From positions 34,782,001 through 34,846,000 of the forward strand of contig CM022670.1 in NCBI GenBank assembly GCA_012295275.1: DNA of 64,000 nucleotides. The letters run 5' to 3'. Origin of the DNA: Chrysomallon squamiferum. Taxonomy: Eukaryota; Animalia; Mollusca. The notes beneath the pieces are model-generated. The model saw only the letters and a list, made by a program, of their open reading frames with translations, searched no databases and had not been told where the DNA came from. A program made the position numbers and the translations under genes. Below, piece after piece: positions 1 through 13,212 of the stretch. Numbering within the stretch: the stretch's first letter is position 1; each line of letters begins with the position of its first letter.

Positions 1-636
1 ATGCCGCTGACAAGACTCGAACGTACGGCACCAATTCACCCGCACTCTGAAGGCGGATGACATTTATGAATGTATGTATGTATGTATGTATGTATGTATG
101 TATGTATGTATGTATGTATGTATATATGTATGTATGTATGTATGTGTGTGTGTATGTATGTATGTATGAATGTATGTGTGTGTATGTATGTGTGTATGTA
201 TGTATGTGTGTATGTATGTATGTATGTATGTATGTGTGTATGTATGTATGTATGTGTGTGTATGTATGTATGTATGTGTGTGTATGTATGTATGTATGTG
301 TGTATGTATGTGTGACACGTACGTAGCTGTTATTGTGATCTTCACACTACTTTCTGTTTCTAAGATGTAAGCTGGAAGTTCAATTCGTGGTTCAAATTTT
401 GGAACATCTGAAATGTATAATTAAATAAAACAAAAATAGTTTAATATGTAAATCAATTTTGTTAAACATAAATATTGTTAATATTGTTAATAAAAGAAAT
501 CCATTTTAAATCTGAATTATTATTAATGATATAGTATTTAATTTAATCATATCAGAAGAAAATCATGGCTGGAAATGATACGATGTTTGTAAATACAAGT
601 AAACGCGTTAACAAAAATTAGTTATAAAGTTCAGTT

Positions 637-697
<61 letters not shown>

Positions 698-1615
698 TAA
701 TATTGTAAACATGTTCTAAAATAAATAAAATAAAATAAATACGGTAACGCTTCACAATAAAGATCTTGGTCGTCTTTGTTCTTGTCACCGTCTGAAAAAA
801 AATAACATCATCATCATCATCAGCGTTATCATCATCATCAACAACAACAACGACAACAGCAAAAACAATGATAATAATAATAATGAAAAATGTTTGTGAA
901 TTCCAAATCGAAAGAAAAATAGATTGCATATGTACTAGTACTACTACTACTATATTTTATGATAAATATATATTTAAAAAAGAAAAAAAAAAAAAAACCC
1001 AATGAATGAAAAATGGCATAATAAATAAAGAATGAATGGAGAGTTAAATAGATAGAAATAGAGAGACAAACAGACAGATAGAAATGTAGAGGATAGATAG
1101 AGGGATAGATAAATAGGATAGATAGATAGATAGATAGATAGAGAGTTTGATAGATAGATATATAGATAAATAAATAAAATATATCTTTAAGAAATGTAAT
1201 AATAAGATAAACAGTATCAGCTACGTACCCCAGTGTGCACTAACAGTTTGTATTCTCCTATCACCGGGTCACTGCTGAGTTGTAAACTGCCTTCGTACAC
1301 GCCATAGTCATCAGTAGAGCACTCGCCACTGCTTAGAATGTTGTCTCGAGGGTCCTGACAAACAAACAAATAAATAAATAAATAAATAAATAAAATAAAT
1401 GAATAAAAAATGAATGAATAAATAAATAAAATAAATAAATAATTAAATAAATGAATGAATGAATGAATGAATAAAATAAATAAATGAAATTTAAAATGAT
1501 AATAATAATAATGAGAATCAACTCGCAGACTCAAAATCTTAAAGGAATTTTAATACAAAATATCACACAGAGAAATATTTACACATACTAATACATACAC
1601 ACACATACACACAAG

Positions 1616-1663
<48 letters not shown>

Positions 1664-2068
1664 GACACACAGACACACACACACACACACAGACACACAC
1701 ACACACATACATACATATAAATACAAAACACATACAAACAAGACACACAAAGCACACATACTACACATATAAACACAAACACAGACACATAAACACACAT
1801 ACAAATATACACATAATTATACAGATGAAACACATGTAAATGCTGTTGATGCATTCAGTTTTTCTGTATTTTTAATTTATGTATTTTCGTACATTAGTAA
1901 TTTATGTTTTTCTGCGTGTGTGTTTTTGTTATTCACGAATGTTTCTATTCTGAAAACTTCATATACTTACTAGTACTGACACATCGTAAGTTCCCTTGTA
2001 GATGTGCATGTTGGGATACAGTCCAAAAATTCTGTATTTAACTACAAAAAAATAATAATAATAATGAA

Positions 2069-2128
<60 letters not shown>

Positions 2129-2632
2129 TATCTGACTAAAAATGATTTCATATTTCTATATTTTGTTAACATACAGTGTGATTAAAATAAAGATATTAAA
2201 ATAAACAGTTATTAAAAGCATTTTCATACTATTTTGTTAATATACAGCTAACAAAACTCTCAATCGTAAAACCCCAAAATACCAAACAATAAATATTTCG
2301 CACATTTTAATTTACATCTCGGTTTAAACTTTTTTCTTAGCTTATATATGTGGAACAGGAAACGGCGATCAGTTCTTTTTCCGCCATTTTTCTTTTTTTC
2401 ATATTAGTCACCTTTCTGTCCAAAATCGTAGACATTTTTGTCAGTCTGAATGAAAATCTTGAATGCGTTGTTTTCATACTTCAGTTCTTTACGTCCAGAA
2501 AACCTCAACCCAAGTAGTCCCCGTACTGAGAGATAGTACCTGTTCTTCGGCAGCTGCATTGGTATCTGTAATATATATATATATAAATATATATAAAATT
2601 AAAAAATATAAATAATTAAGAATATAAATAAT

Positions 2633-2688
<56 letters not shown>

Positions 2689-5600
2689 TGATAATGATAA
2701 TGATGATGATGATCTTGATGATGATTATATGCGTCAGTAAAAAATTAAATAAAATGAACTGTTATACTCACAGGCAGTGTTACAGATGTATGCTGACCTG
2801 CAATGAAAATAACAACACAAATATTAATAATTAACAAGAAATTAGTATTAGGTTTTCATGAAAAGTTCTAGAAATAAATAAATAAATAAATAATAATTAA
2901 AAAAAATAAAAAACAAAAAAAATTTAAAAAACAAAACAAAACATCACCAAAAACGTCTTTTAACGAGAAAGTCACCAATAAAGCCAAAACTGCTCATAAA
3001 AACGATAACTGTTTGTCTTTCAAAGCACGATTAATTATCATTATGCTTGAAAAAGTATAATCAAGTACTACTTTGACGTTATAAGTTATTAGTTTTATTG
3101 TATAGCGTGAAATACAAACACTTTCTGTGCCACAATGGTAAAATATGGCTTCTTGGGTAACTATGGCGGAGAATCATCACACCCATTCTTTTAGATATCT
3201 GTCTTTCTAATTCAAGCTACCATGTAGGCTTACGAAATTGCTCCTAATATAGACGCGCCTGAATGGAAAATAAATATAAGCACATTTCACATGATTCTAC
3301 TAACTGAATTAAATACAAAATATAGCTTACAGAGACACTAATTAACACTAAACTAAATACACGCACTGAAGGAAACCTGCTTCTCAATGATTACACTAAC
3401 TAACACTAAATTAAATACACGCACTGAAGGAAACCTGCTTCTCAATGATTACACTAACTAACACTAAATTAAATACACCCACTGAAGGAAACCTGCTTCT
3501 CAATGATTACACTAACTAACACTAAATTAAATACACGCACCGAAGGAAACCTGCTTCTCAATGATTACACTAACTAACACTAAATTAAATACACGCACTG
3601 AAGGAAACCTGCTTCTCAATGATTACACTAACTAACACTAAATTAAATACACGCACTGAATGAAACCTGCTTCTCAATGATTACACTAACTAACACTAAA
3701 TTAAATACACGCACTGAATGAAACCTGCTTCTCAATGATTACACTAACACTAAATTAAATACACGCACTGAATGAAACCTGCTTCTCAATGATTACACTA
3801 ACTAACACTAAATTAAATACACGCACTGAATGAAACCTGCTTCTCAATGATTACACTAACTAACACTAAATTAAATACACGCACTGAATGAAACCTGCTT
3901 CTCAATGATTACACTAACTAACACTAAATTAAAAATACACGAACTGAAGGAAACCTGCTTCTCAATGATTACACTAACTAACACTAAATTAAATACACGC
4001 ACTGAATGAAACCTGCTTCTCAATGATTACACTAACTAACACTAAATTAAATACACGCACTGAAGGAAACCTGCTTCTCAATGATTACACTAACTAACAC
4101 TAAATTAAATACACGCACTGAAGGAAACCTGCTTCTCAATGATTACACTAACTAACACTAAATTAAATACACGCACTGAAGGAAACCTGCTTCTCAATGA
4201 TTACACTAACACTAAATTAAATACACGCACTGAAGGAAACCTGCTTCTCAATGATTACACTAACTAACACTAAATTAAATACACGCACTGAAGGAAACCT
4301 GCTTCTCAATGATTACACTAACACTAAATTAAATACACGCACTGAAGGAAACCTGCTTCTCAATGATTACACTAACTAACACTAAATTAAATACACGCAC
4401 TGAAGGAAACCTGCTTCTCAGTGATTACACTAACTAACACTAAATTAAATACACGCACTGAAGGAAACCTGCTTCTCAATGATTACACGTCCACGCCAAT
4501 CCTCTAGGTAGACCCCCACTGTCACGTGACTACTGGTGAAGAGTTTGATGGAAAAAGAATAGGGGAGGCCGGGACAGATCTTCAGAGGCATCAGAACTAA
4601 AAATGTTCCTCCTTGGGAATCCTCTGGTCGCCATGGGTAACTGAAACGACAGAAGGTGGTAATGGTAATCATCGTGGTCAAAGGAACTGCAAATTTGGTC
4701 TCAGCATTGTGAAATGTGTAAAGTTAAACAGACAGATTATAATATAATGAGTTATAGATTATGGCGTTATATTTTTGGTTCTTTTTTGATTTTTTATTAT
4801 TATTTATTTATTTGTCCATATTTCTTTGATTCTTTGTTTCATTTAAAAAAAAAATTCGTTTATCTTCTTTAGGAGGCATATGTGTGAAATATTTAATAGC
4901 TGAAGTTGGCAGGAAAATTGCATTTTTATAAGACTTTTCATAAACATCAAACTTTCCTGTTATTTAGTTAACATTGTTCGTTAATTCAAATGACATGCAT
5001 TCCAACAATAACTGACTGCTTTTACTTAAACACAAGTTAATTATAAAACAAAAATGGTTACGAAACCAAAGAAGATTCCTGAACAGTCGGTTTAAAACTG
5101 TGTGAACAGCGTTTGGGTTTGGATTTTTTGATGAAAACCTGTTTGAAGAATGCTAACGATTCTCAATATTCAGAGAAATCTTTTAACTTTTCAGTTTGTG
5201 GCAGAAAGGCAGCAAGTTTGTCATACTTAATCTGTAAAGTTAATTATATTTGTAAGCACGGCAATATTTATAACAGACAGTGTTAACATACAAAACATTT
5301 CACAGAACCATAACTCACCTAATTTGATTTGTTGGTTTTCTTGGAAGATCATTAACCAAGTGAATTTTCACTCTGTTAATCGGTTTTGTCCCTTCAGTTG
5401 TGTTAGAATAATTATCATGTTTTAAGTTCTGTAACACACGAAGGTCGAGATTTGGATTAAAATTTTCAAATCGTCTGAAATTACTGTTGGGAACGTTCGG
5501 TTTCCTCTTTGGGACATTTTGAAATATTTTATGATTTTTTGAATTGTTAACTTGTTTGTCTCCATTTGCATGTTTCCACTGCTCATCCAAGTACCCACGT

Positions 5601-6270
5601 TTCGGTGGATATCTGAAACCAAACGAACTGAAAGGGTTTGGAAAATGACTACCAAGAACTGGTCTGTTGACATCGTTCAGCCCGTATGAAGCTGCTGGTC
5701 TAGTAAACAACTGAGGACTCTGAAAACGTCCCCAAAACCTGTTAACTGGATTTACTCTGTTAAACTGATTCCACTCGGGAATCAAAGAACCTCTCTGGCT
5801 TGCAGGTTCCTGGTCAGGTTTCCATCCACGGAACCAGGAACCATTCTTTATTAACTTCCTGGTACCAGTCTGCGACGATTCCAAACCATTCACTCTGTTA
5901 TAACCCAGCGAATTCAGATCCTTAACTTTATTTGTGCCCAGTTCGTTGAGTTTTATATCGAACCGGCCCGCTGGCTTTGCTCCGGAGTTAAATGATCCAA
6001 ACTTATCTGAAGATGTCAAAGATTTTGTGGCAGCAATGAATGGTTTGACTCTGCCGTTTGACCCAGAGTTGGTGGAATACGACCAACGGTTTTCCCAGAC
6101 TCTCTGACTGCCGCTGTTAGATGATGAATCGTGGTACGTCCTTGCAAAGAAAGCGGATCACCAATAATAGTTCATGTATGTGATCTGAGGTCGTTTTTTG
6201 TGGTTATTGTTATTCAGTTCTTTCCACTAAAATACTTTGTTTGGATATCAAAGTAATGGATTGAAGAAAT

Positions 6271-6307
<37 letters not shown>

Positions 6308-6447
6308 GCAGTTTTCAGCAAAAGAATGACTGATTATTTTATTTTAAAATGAATATTCTAAGAATTCTGTTACTTTGGAATTCTTGGTTTAATTTTTGAG
6401 GTGTAAGTATTCTAGAACGGACACCTGAGTGCGTATGGAAACGCAGA

Positions 6448-6485
<38 letters not shown>

Positions 6486-6641
6486 ATAATAATAATAATA
6501 ATAATGCAATAAGGTGATGCTGATGCTGATGCTGATAATGATTACGATAATGATGTATTTAAATCATATTTACTTTATTTCAGATGATGTCCATGTCCAA
6601 ACTGCAGCAGGACCAAAGAGTAACAGTAAAATTAAACTCAT
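1..6641 (-). CDS. CD109/thioester-protein (TEP)/alpha-2-macroglobulin family secreted protein, 5' part; 3' end lies beyond the left edge
   Basis: Phase-consistent GT-AG exons: 6574-6641 (MSLILLLLFGPAAVWTWTSSEIK, signal peptide), 5319-6140 (long extension), 4459-4640 (GTFLVLMPLKICPGLPYSFSIKLF, MG1-like), 2772-2797, 2412-2565 (YLSVRGLLGLRF..IFIQTDKNVYDFGQK), 1971-2041 (VKYRIFGLYPNMHIYKGTYDVSVL), 1229-1354 (DPRDNIL..GVYEGSLQLSSDPVIGEYKLLV), 743-791 (KIFIVKRY), 323-407 (HVPKFEPRIELPAYI), and tentatively 1-46. IFIQTDKxxY..GQ.V, DPxxN, LSSDPxxGxY and F.V..Y.xPKFE are hallmark MG2/MG3 motifs of the A2M/TEP family. The thioester motif is not in the window. Confidence 0.9.
65..314. repeat. (TATG/TGTG)n microsatellite filling most of an intron
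   Basis: Directly visible; source of ORFs 57-370. Confidence 0.95.
3343..4487. repeat. 58-bp tandem array, 20 copies, spanning an exon/intron boundary
   Basis: Unit actgaaggaaacctgcttctcaatgattacactaactaacactaaattaaatacacgc, with three 54-bp units and one 60-bp unit. The last unit overlaps the coding exon 4459-4640. Confidence 0.97.
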
Positions 6642-7264
6642 TTTGTTTCAGGAAGGCTGAAAAAGAAAAAGTGAAAAAACAATAACCAGTATTTTCTATT
6701 TTACCAAAAAAAAAAAAAAAAAAACCCCACAAAACCCCAAAACAAAACAAAAACAATTAGTAAATAAAAAGCCAACGAGGATCAGAATAATAGGGAATGA
6801 AAAAGGATGCAAACTATCAAACAATCAATCGAAAATGCTTTCCAAAACAATCGTATCTGTAAAAAAAAAAAAAAAAAAAAAAAAAATAAAAAAATAAAAA
6901 AAATAATATAAAAAAATCATTATAATTTAAAGAAATGAACCACTTTGTAATAATATCACATAATTTGACTATATTACTTACAGATTAACATTAACAGTGA
7001 CTATGATACATTTCCACGTCTTCAGACTCAGACACACTTTAACATGAATACGAAGAGCTCATACTACATGTCACTGTTTTTACGTTTTACGATGGCTAAA
7101 TGTTTTCCTGAAGAAAGACTCTGGGCGTGTTACAGACAAATGTTTCTAGCGATGCGATGTTTCACCCAGGACAACCAGTTCCTTATCAACGAGTCATGAT
7201 TCCCTTGTCCAGCTGAACACTGAACAATTCCAAACAACTGTTTTAATCGTGTTTATTGGCATAC

Positions 7265-7398
7265 CTTCCGACCTGTCACACTTTCTCGCTGACTAACTTT
7301 ATCAGCAGTGGTTAGAACGAGATAATAAAGCAACTTGTAAAATTTAAGCTTTTAAAAACAGTTAATGATGATGATTTTAGATTTTAAAAGTTATATAG
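7265..7398 (-). promoter_or_regulatory. Putative core promoter and non-coding first exon of the TEP/CD109-like gene
   Basis: Minus-strand TATATAA at 7391-7397, Inr-like TCATT about 25-30 nt downstream, and donor AAG|gtatgc at 7265/7264. An acceptor ttttcag lies just upstream of the ATG exon (~6657), so a 5' UTR intron is implied. Confidence 0.45.
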
Positions 7399-8419
7399 CT
7401 GTGTCTAATAATTTTTGTCGTTCGCTTTTGACTGTATGGTAAAGGCTTTCAAACTCTGAAGAAGGATCATTTTTGAATGTTAAATATCATATATATATTT
7501 TTTAACTTATTATATATGTTTTAAAGTAATGTTTAAGACTCAAGTTTTATTATGCGGTATTTTCCTGCATGTAATAATTTTAAATAATGAACATTTTTAA
7601 TCAATGTTAAATATTTTAAGTATGATTTAATAGGGCTGAAGTCTCCTGTTACAGTAAGACAAAACAGAAGTATTTCATATCTTAAATTAAAATCGCTATT
7701 AAATTAGATATATGATATCCCAACGTTTAAATATTTGTTTCATCTGTATTCTAAGAATAAATTAAAATTTCTAAATTTCTAAACTATCAATTAAAGCTAG
7801 CTCTACTTCTTCATTTGTTGTCAAGGATTAAATATTTAATTTTTTAAATTTTAGACTTAAAAGTTATATATATAAAATAAATATTTACCTAAATGAAAAG
7901 AAAATGAAGAAGAACGACAATAAATTACACAGAATCTGAGATGCTGAAAAAACTAAAAAAACAAACCTGTCGCCCAAACGTCTGAAGAAGAATGAAATAA
8001 ATGGAAGTGTAAATACAAGAAGAGAAAAAGAAATAAACTAAGAAGTTATAAAATAAAGTTGTATACTTTATAACATTTTTTTTTTTATATTTTATAACGT
8101 GACACTCCCGAACCAATGTTCACGAAAAACGAGAGAACATCAATGTAGAGCCACAAAAACAAAAACGAACTTGTGATGAAAAGACTGAGTCTCTAATAAA
8201 TAACACATTAAAGTAACGTGCTGGTGGTATTAAAGTACAGATAGATGCTGTGTATGTACGTGGGTTATATGTGTTTATGAAGGTACTGAAATGACAGTAT
8301 ATTGCAAACATTTATGAGAAGATAAAACAGGCAGTGCTTCATCGCCAACGCACCTTTAAATAAACAAACAAATGTACGTACGAAAATACACAACAGACAG
8401 ATACGTATTTGTATATGTA

Positions 8420-8474
<55 letters not shown>

Positions 8475-8655
8475 TGTGTGGTATAACTGTTTACGTATGT
8501 ATATGTAGGTACGTATGTATGTACATATACATACATACATACATACATACATACATACTAGCATACATAGATATATATAATACACACATATGTATATATA
8601 TACATACACACACATATATATACACACACATACAGACATATACTTACAAGCATGC

Positions 8656-8698
<43 letters not shown>

Positions 8699-9287
8699 TA
8701 CATATACACTTACACATACATACATACATACATACATACATACATACAGTGCGTTCCCGAATACTGTCTACGTGCAGAGTCTAATCAAAGAATAATCAAC
8801 ATCCTAAAAAACTACACATATATATATATATATACTTGTATGTATATATGTATTATTGCATGTATATAAGCATATATGTGTCTGCATGAGTGTACATGAA
8901 TATAAATATATGTGCGTGTGTATATATAATGTGTTTATTTGTATGCATGTCTGCATGTAAGTATGTGAATGTGTTTTTGTGTTGTGTGTGTCTGTTTGTG
9001 TGTGTGAATGTGAGCGTACGCATATAGATTATTTCTACATGCATCATAAACCCGCCTTCTGTAACACGACTCGAACAAGTAGTTTTATTTAACGTGTCAC
9101 CTCCCAACAACACAGTTTTACTGTTATAGCCAGGCAATAAAATATAAAACATCATCCGACCTTCGACTCAGTACACCATCCTTCAGTATTCCCAGATTTG
9201 TCTTTTTTTTACATACACTAACAATAAAATAAAAATTGAAAAGATTTTCTCTTTGTGATAAGAATAATATTTCGTAAGAATACATAC

Positions 9288-9319
<32 letters not shown>

Positions 9320-10825
9320 TAATAATAAAGTGGACTTTCACTAAAAAAAAAAATTAATTTTTGTTGATAATATCATTTAGCAGACATCTATCTATCAGAT
9401 GACGAATGTTCATGTGACTACATTCATTTCATTTTTACGGGATCGAAAGTCACATTTTTCTTCTTCTTTATTTTTTTTTTTATATTTTTTTTCGAGGTGC
9501 GGTGGAATTTACCGTACAAAGTAGTGATTCAAGAGAGGGATGAGGAGGCTGGATCAATGAACAGCAGTGTAATCAGAGTCTCGTGGGTTTTTTCCATTCC
9601 AACAACAATTCTGTACGCTACGTGGTGGTAAACGTCAATACACCGGGACACCATTAACATACGCTTGACCTGTAATTTTGTGAACTTACAAACCTACTAC
9701 TAATCATTAACCTGAATAAAAGACTCTCTCTATGTGTGTGTGTATCTTTCCTTTTCTGTCAACTCTTTAGTGACTTTTTTTTTCTCTCTCTCTCTGTGTC
9801 TGCCATTTTCTGTCTTCCTATTTTTATCTGTCTCTCTGTGTCTTTCACTGTCCGTACCTGTGCGTCTTTCTATCTCTCAGTCTGTCTGTCTTTCTCTCTG
9901 TTTTAAAAACGTCGTTATTTTAAGTATGCATGTCAATTACAGTTTTTTTTGTTTTTTGTAAATTAGATGCATGTTTAAAACGGTTTTGATTCTTTGTGAC
10001 GACGGTGTTTGTAATATTTATCATACCTATTAACAATGTTTTAATATTTGTTTATAAGCTTAGTAAAGAAAAATTCATTATTTACAAACTCCAGTCCCAT
10101 GATCTTTATAAATTTGTTAACTAAGAAAGAATTGTTGGTAATCTGTTTCGTAGTTTTTAAACATTATCTGACTGTTCTATTTACTCGTATCAATAATATA
10201 ATTATATTAAAGATGTTTATATTTATTTATTTATTTATTAATTTATTATTATTCCAAATTTATGTCACTTGTTATAATTTTACCCACGTAATTCCAAATA
10301 GAATGAAATACCACTTTGTTAACAGGTACAAAATAGTAAATAAATAAATAAATAAATAAATAATGATAAATAACGATAAACACCTAAACAACAACAATAA
10401 ACAATAGAACAACAGTATTATTTTATAAAAGAAAATACCCATAAATTAATAGTTTAAAACGGAACAGTATATTAAAAAAAAAAATAATATATATATACAT
10501 AAAACATAAAAATTATATAGACTTGAATGTGAAATTTGTTGGTGGTCTGATAGGCATAATGTACTGTCAAACAATTATATTTTTTAAAACTCCCTACTTA
10601 GTACCAAACAATTACTTTTTAATGCCAAACTATGTTAAATACATAGGATTTTATCGTAGAAATTTTAAATAACTAAATAATTTAATGCAACTTTCTAATA
10701 CTGTGTTTAAAAATATTTAGATCTCTATAATTATCTGTTTTTTAAAATATGTTAATAGAAAAAAATTATAACAATAATATTAAAAATACCTATTTACTGA
10801 TATTTTTAATTATTAGTATTATTTT

Positions 10826-10896
<71 letters not shown>

Positions 10897-12434
10897 CTCT
10901 CTTCCGCATCAAGAACGATTTACGTATTATAAATTAGAGGAAAAGACATTATTAAATGTAGTTAAAATTTATGGTTAATGATTATAGTAAAGAGACGTCG
11001 TAAAAGGAAAAAAAAAACCAGGCTGTGTTAGTGAAAGCTGTCGAGTCACGTCATTGAAACGAGGGACTCAAATAAGCCCGCCAAATCGTCACACATTCCG
11101 TAGCAGACGAGTTCACGAAACCGTGTCCAGAAATTTCCATTCGCCAAGCAGCCAGTCGAAAACTGTGAATCACTCAAGAACGTATTTGCATAAGCATCTT
11201 AAAATACTTATGAAAGTATGTATGTGACGATAGATGCGTTTAAAAGGTGGGGAAAAAATAATAAGATGAATCAAAAGAAGAAAAATGTAAAAAAAAAAAA
11301 AAAAAATAAAAAAAATATAGAAACATTAGTGAAAGGAAAATAAAGGCGGGAAAATCCTAGCAGGTGTATTTTTATCATTGAAATGCAGAACCAAAGTACG
11401 CAGTTTTAAAATAGAAATATGATAATACGTAGTTTTAACAAAAATCGTTGAAGCAAGGAAAAAAAAATAAAATAAAAAGTGAATTTAGGACATACATGAC
11501 AGAACACATGTACACACGAAGTTCAATGACACAAAAGTGAATGTGTTTTTTTTTGTTGTGTATACGTATCTGAAGCGGAAAATGGCGGCCCATTGAAGAG
11601 AGACAGTAAACACGTTTAATGGCGTCCAGACTTTGTTTACGGTTATCGAGATTTGACAGTTTGTAAATTATCTTTAAAGATTAGTCTGAACTCGCCTTTT
11701 GCTTCATCTAAAAATCAAATAGAAAGAATGACTTCGGAAAATATTCCACAGTTGTTAATAATAATAATAAAAATAGTAATAACAACAACAACAACAACAA
11801 AACCAACAACGACAACAGCATTAATAATAATAACGATGATATATGAATAAGTAAATAAATAAATAATTTCCAAAATAAAAAACAGCAACAACAGTAATAT
11901 TCATCAACATCATTATCATTTAAATCATCGTTATTATCATATTTATTAACTTCATAATAATTATTATCACCATCACCACCATTGTGTTTATGTCGTCAAC
12001 ATCATCATAACAGTCATCATAACAATTATCATGCCAGTGTTAAAATTGTCAATACTTCACGTTATCTACAGTATCATCGTTGTAACCACGAACAACAGTA
12101 ACTACAACAACAACTACAACAATACTGAAATACAGACTGTTTAATTAACAAGGATTTCAAAACATTACTGTCAAACAAATATAAAAAATGTGTAATGTTA
12201 CAGACTAACAGTATAGCGAAATATCAACACAGGACTCTGTACATATGATTTAATTTTATTTATTCAGTCTGTGGTAAAATCTGTTAGAATATATATACAC
12301 GTGTACACCCAAATTGATAAAATTAATGTTTAATAACATCTGAAGACTATTTTTTTTTTACATAAATTTGTCATTCATGTGAACTTGTTATGACAGAATT
12401 AGAGAAGAAACCCGCTGATACTGCAGAGTGAGAT

Positions 12435-12665
12435 TAAATGAATGAATGTTGGGTGAACGACAATACAATGCATAATGCTATTAGCGGTTATTAAGAGACA
12501 ATTAAACGTTACTCATACACTGATAATCTGAAAGAGGAGATATCTGCCATCCACAGTAGGATACTTTTAATGATTACCAGCAGCAATGAATCTTTTATGT
12601 GCATTTTTCTTACACAGGAGAGCATGTAACATGACCTTTGAGGTAGCGGTGATGAGACACAAACG
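12435..12665 (-). mobile_element. Decayed SINE-like fragment
   Basis: attaccagcagcaatgaatcttttatgtgcatt..acacaggagagcatgtaacatgacctttga resembles the core of a gastropod tRNA-derived SINE as I recall it (ATTAGCAGCAAGGGATCTTTTATATGCAC..ACAGACAGGATAGCACATACCACGGCCTTTGA). It is also loosely similar to 49715-49890. Not verified by a search. Confidence 0.45.
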
Positions 12666-13004
12666 GGAAAGACTAGGATGTGCTGTGTTTATTATGACTC
12701 GTCACACTCACTAACTCAGTTTGTTGTTAAGATTAAACCGCTGAAGAAATTTTATAAAACAGATACATTTATTTTAATCCTTTTCGATTTGCTCATTTGT
12801 GTTTTAATGTATGAAAGTTAGTATCAGTTTTATTAGTTCAGTTTTATTGTACCTATACATACATGCACGCATACGCGAATCACACGCACACATAAAACAC
12901 GTTTATTACACGTAGAGTCGAGGTTAATTTCTAATAAATATTAGTGTATGTCAATAAACTATGTATATCGTATGTATGTATATATATCGTTTCTATATAA
13001 CAAC

Positions 13005-13212
13005 ATGAATCATCGACAAGAACAACAACACTAATAATAATAATAAAATAAAATTATATATATATATGTGTGTGTGTGTGTGTTAGTGTGTGTGCGCGCA
13101 ATATATATATATAATTTTGTTTGATTATTATTGTTGTTGTTGTTGTTGATGATGATTCATATATATATATATACACAAAGTGACATTATATATATATATA
13201 ATGTCACTTTGT
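13005..13212. repeat. Imperfect ~60-bp inverted repeat (13005-13160) followed by a perfect 38-bp palindrome (13175-13212)
   Basis: Arms atgaatcatc..aacaacaac..aataat..aaaattatatatat and their reverse complement flank a (GT)n spacer. Then acaaagtgacat-(ta)7-atgtcactttgt. Confidence 0.85.

Noticed and set aside
3234-3258. 25-nt segment with good ag/gtaag boundaries in the TEP intron
   Set aside because: Inclusion shifts the frame or introduces TAG. It could be a poison microexon, but nothing supports that.
3343-4487. Regular array that might suggest CRISPR
   Set aside because: The units are contiguous and near-identical with no unique spacers, there are no cas genes, and the context is a eukaryotic intron.
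11582-11596. ATGGCGGCC as a gene start
   Set aside because: Stop after 4 codons; better read as a YY1-like motif.
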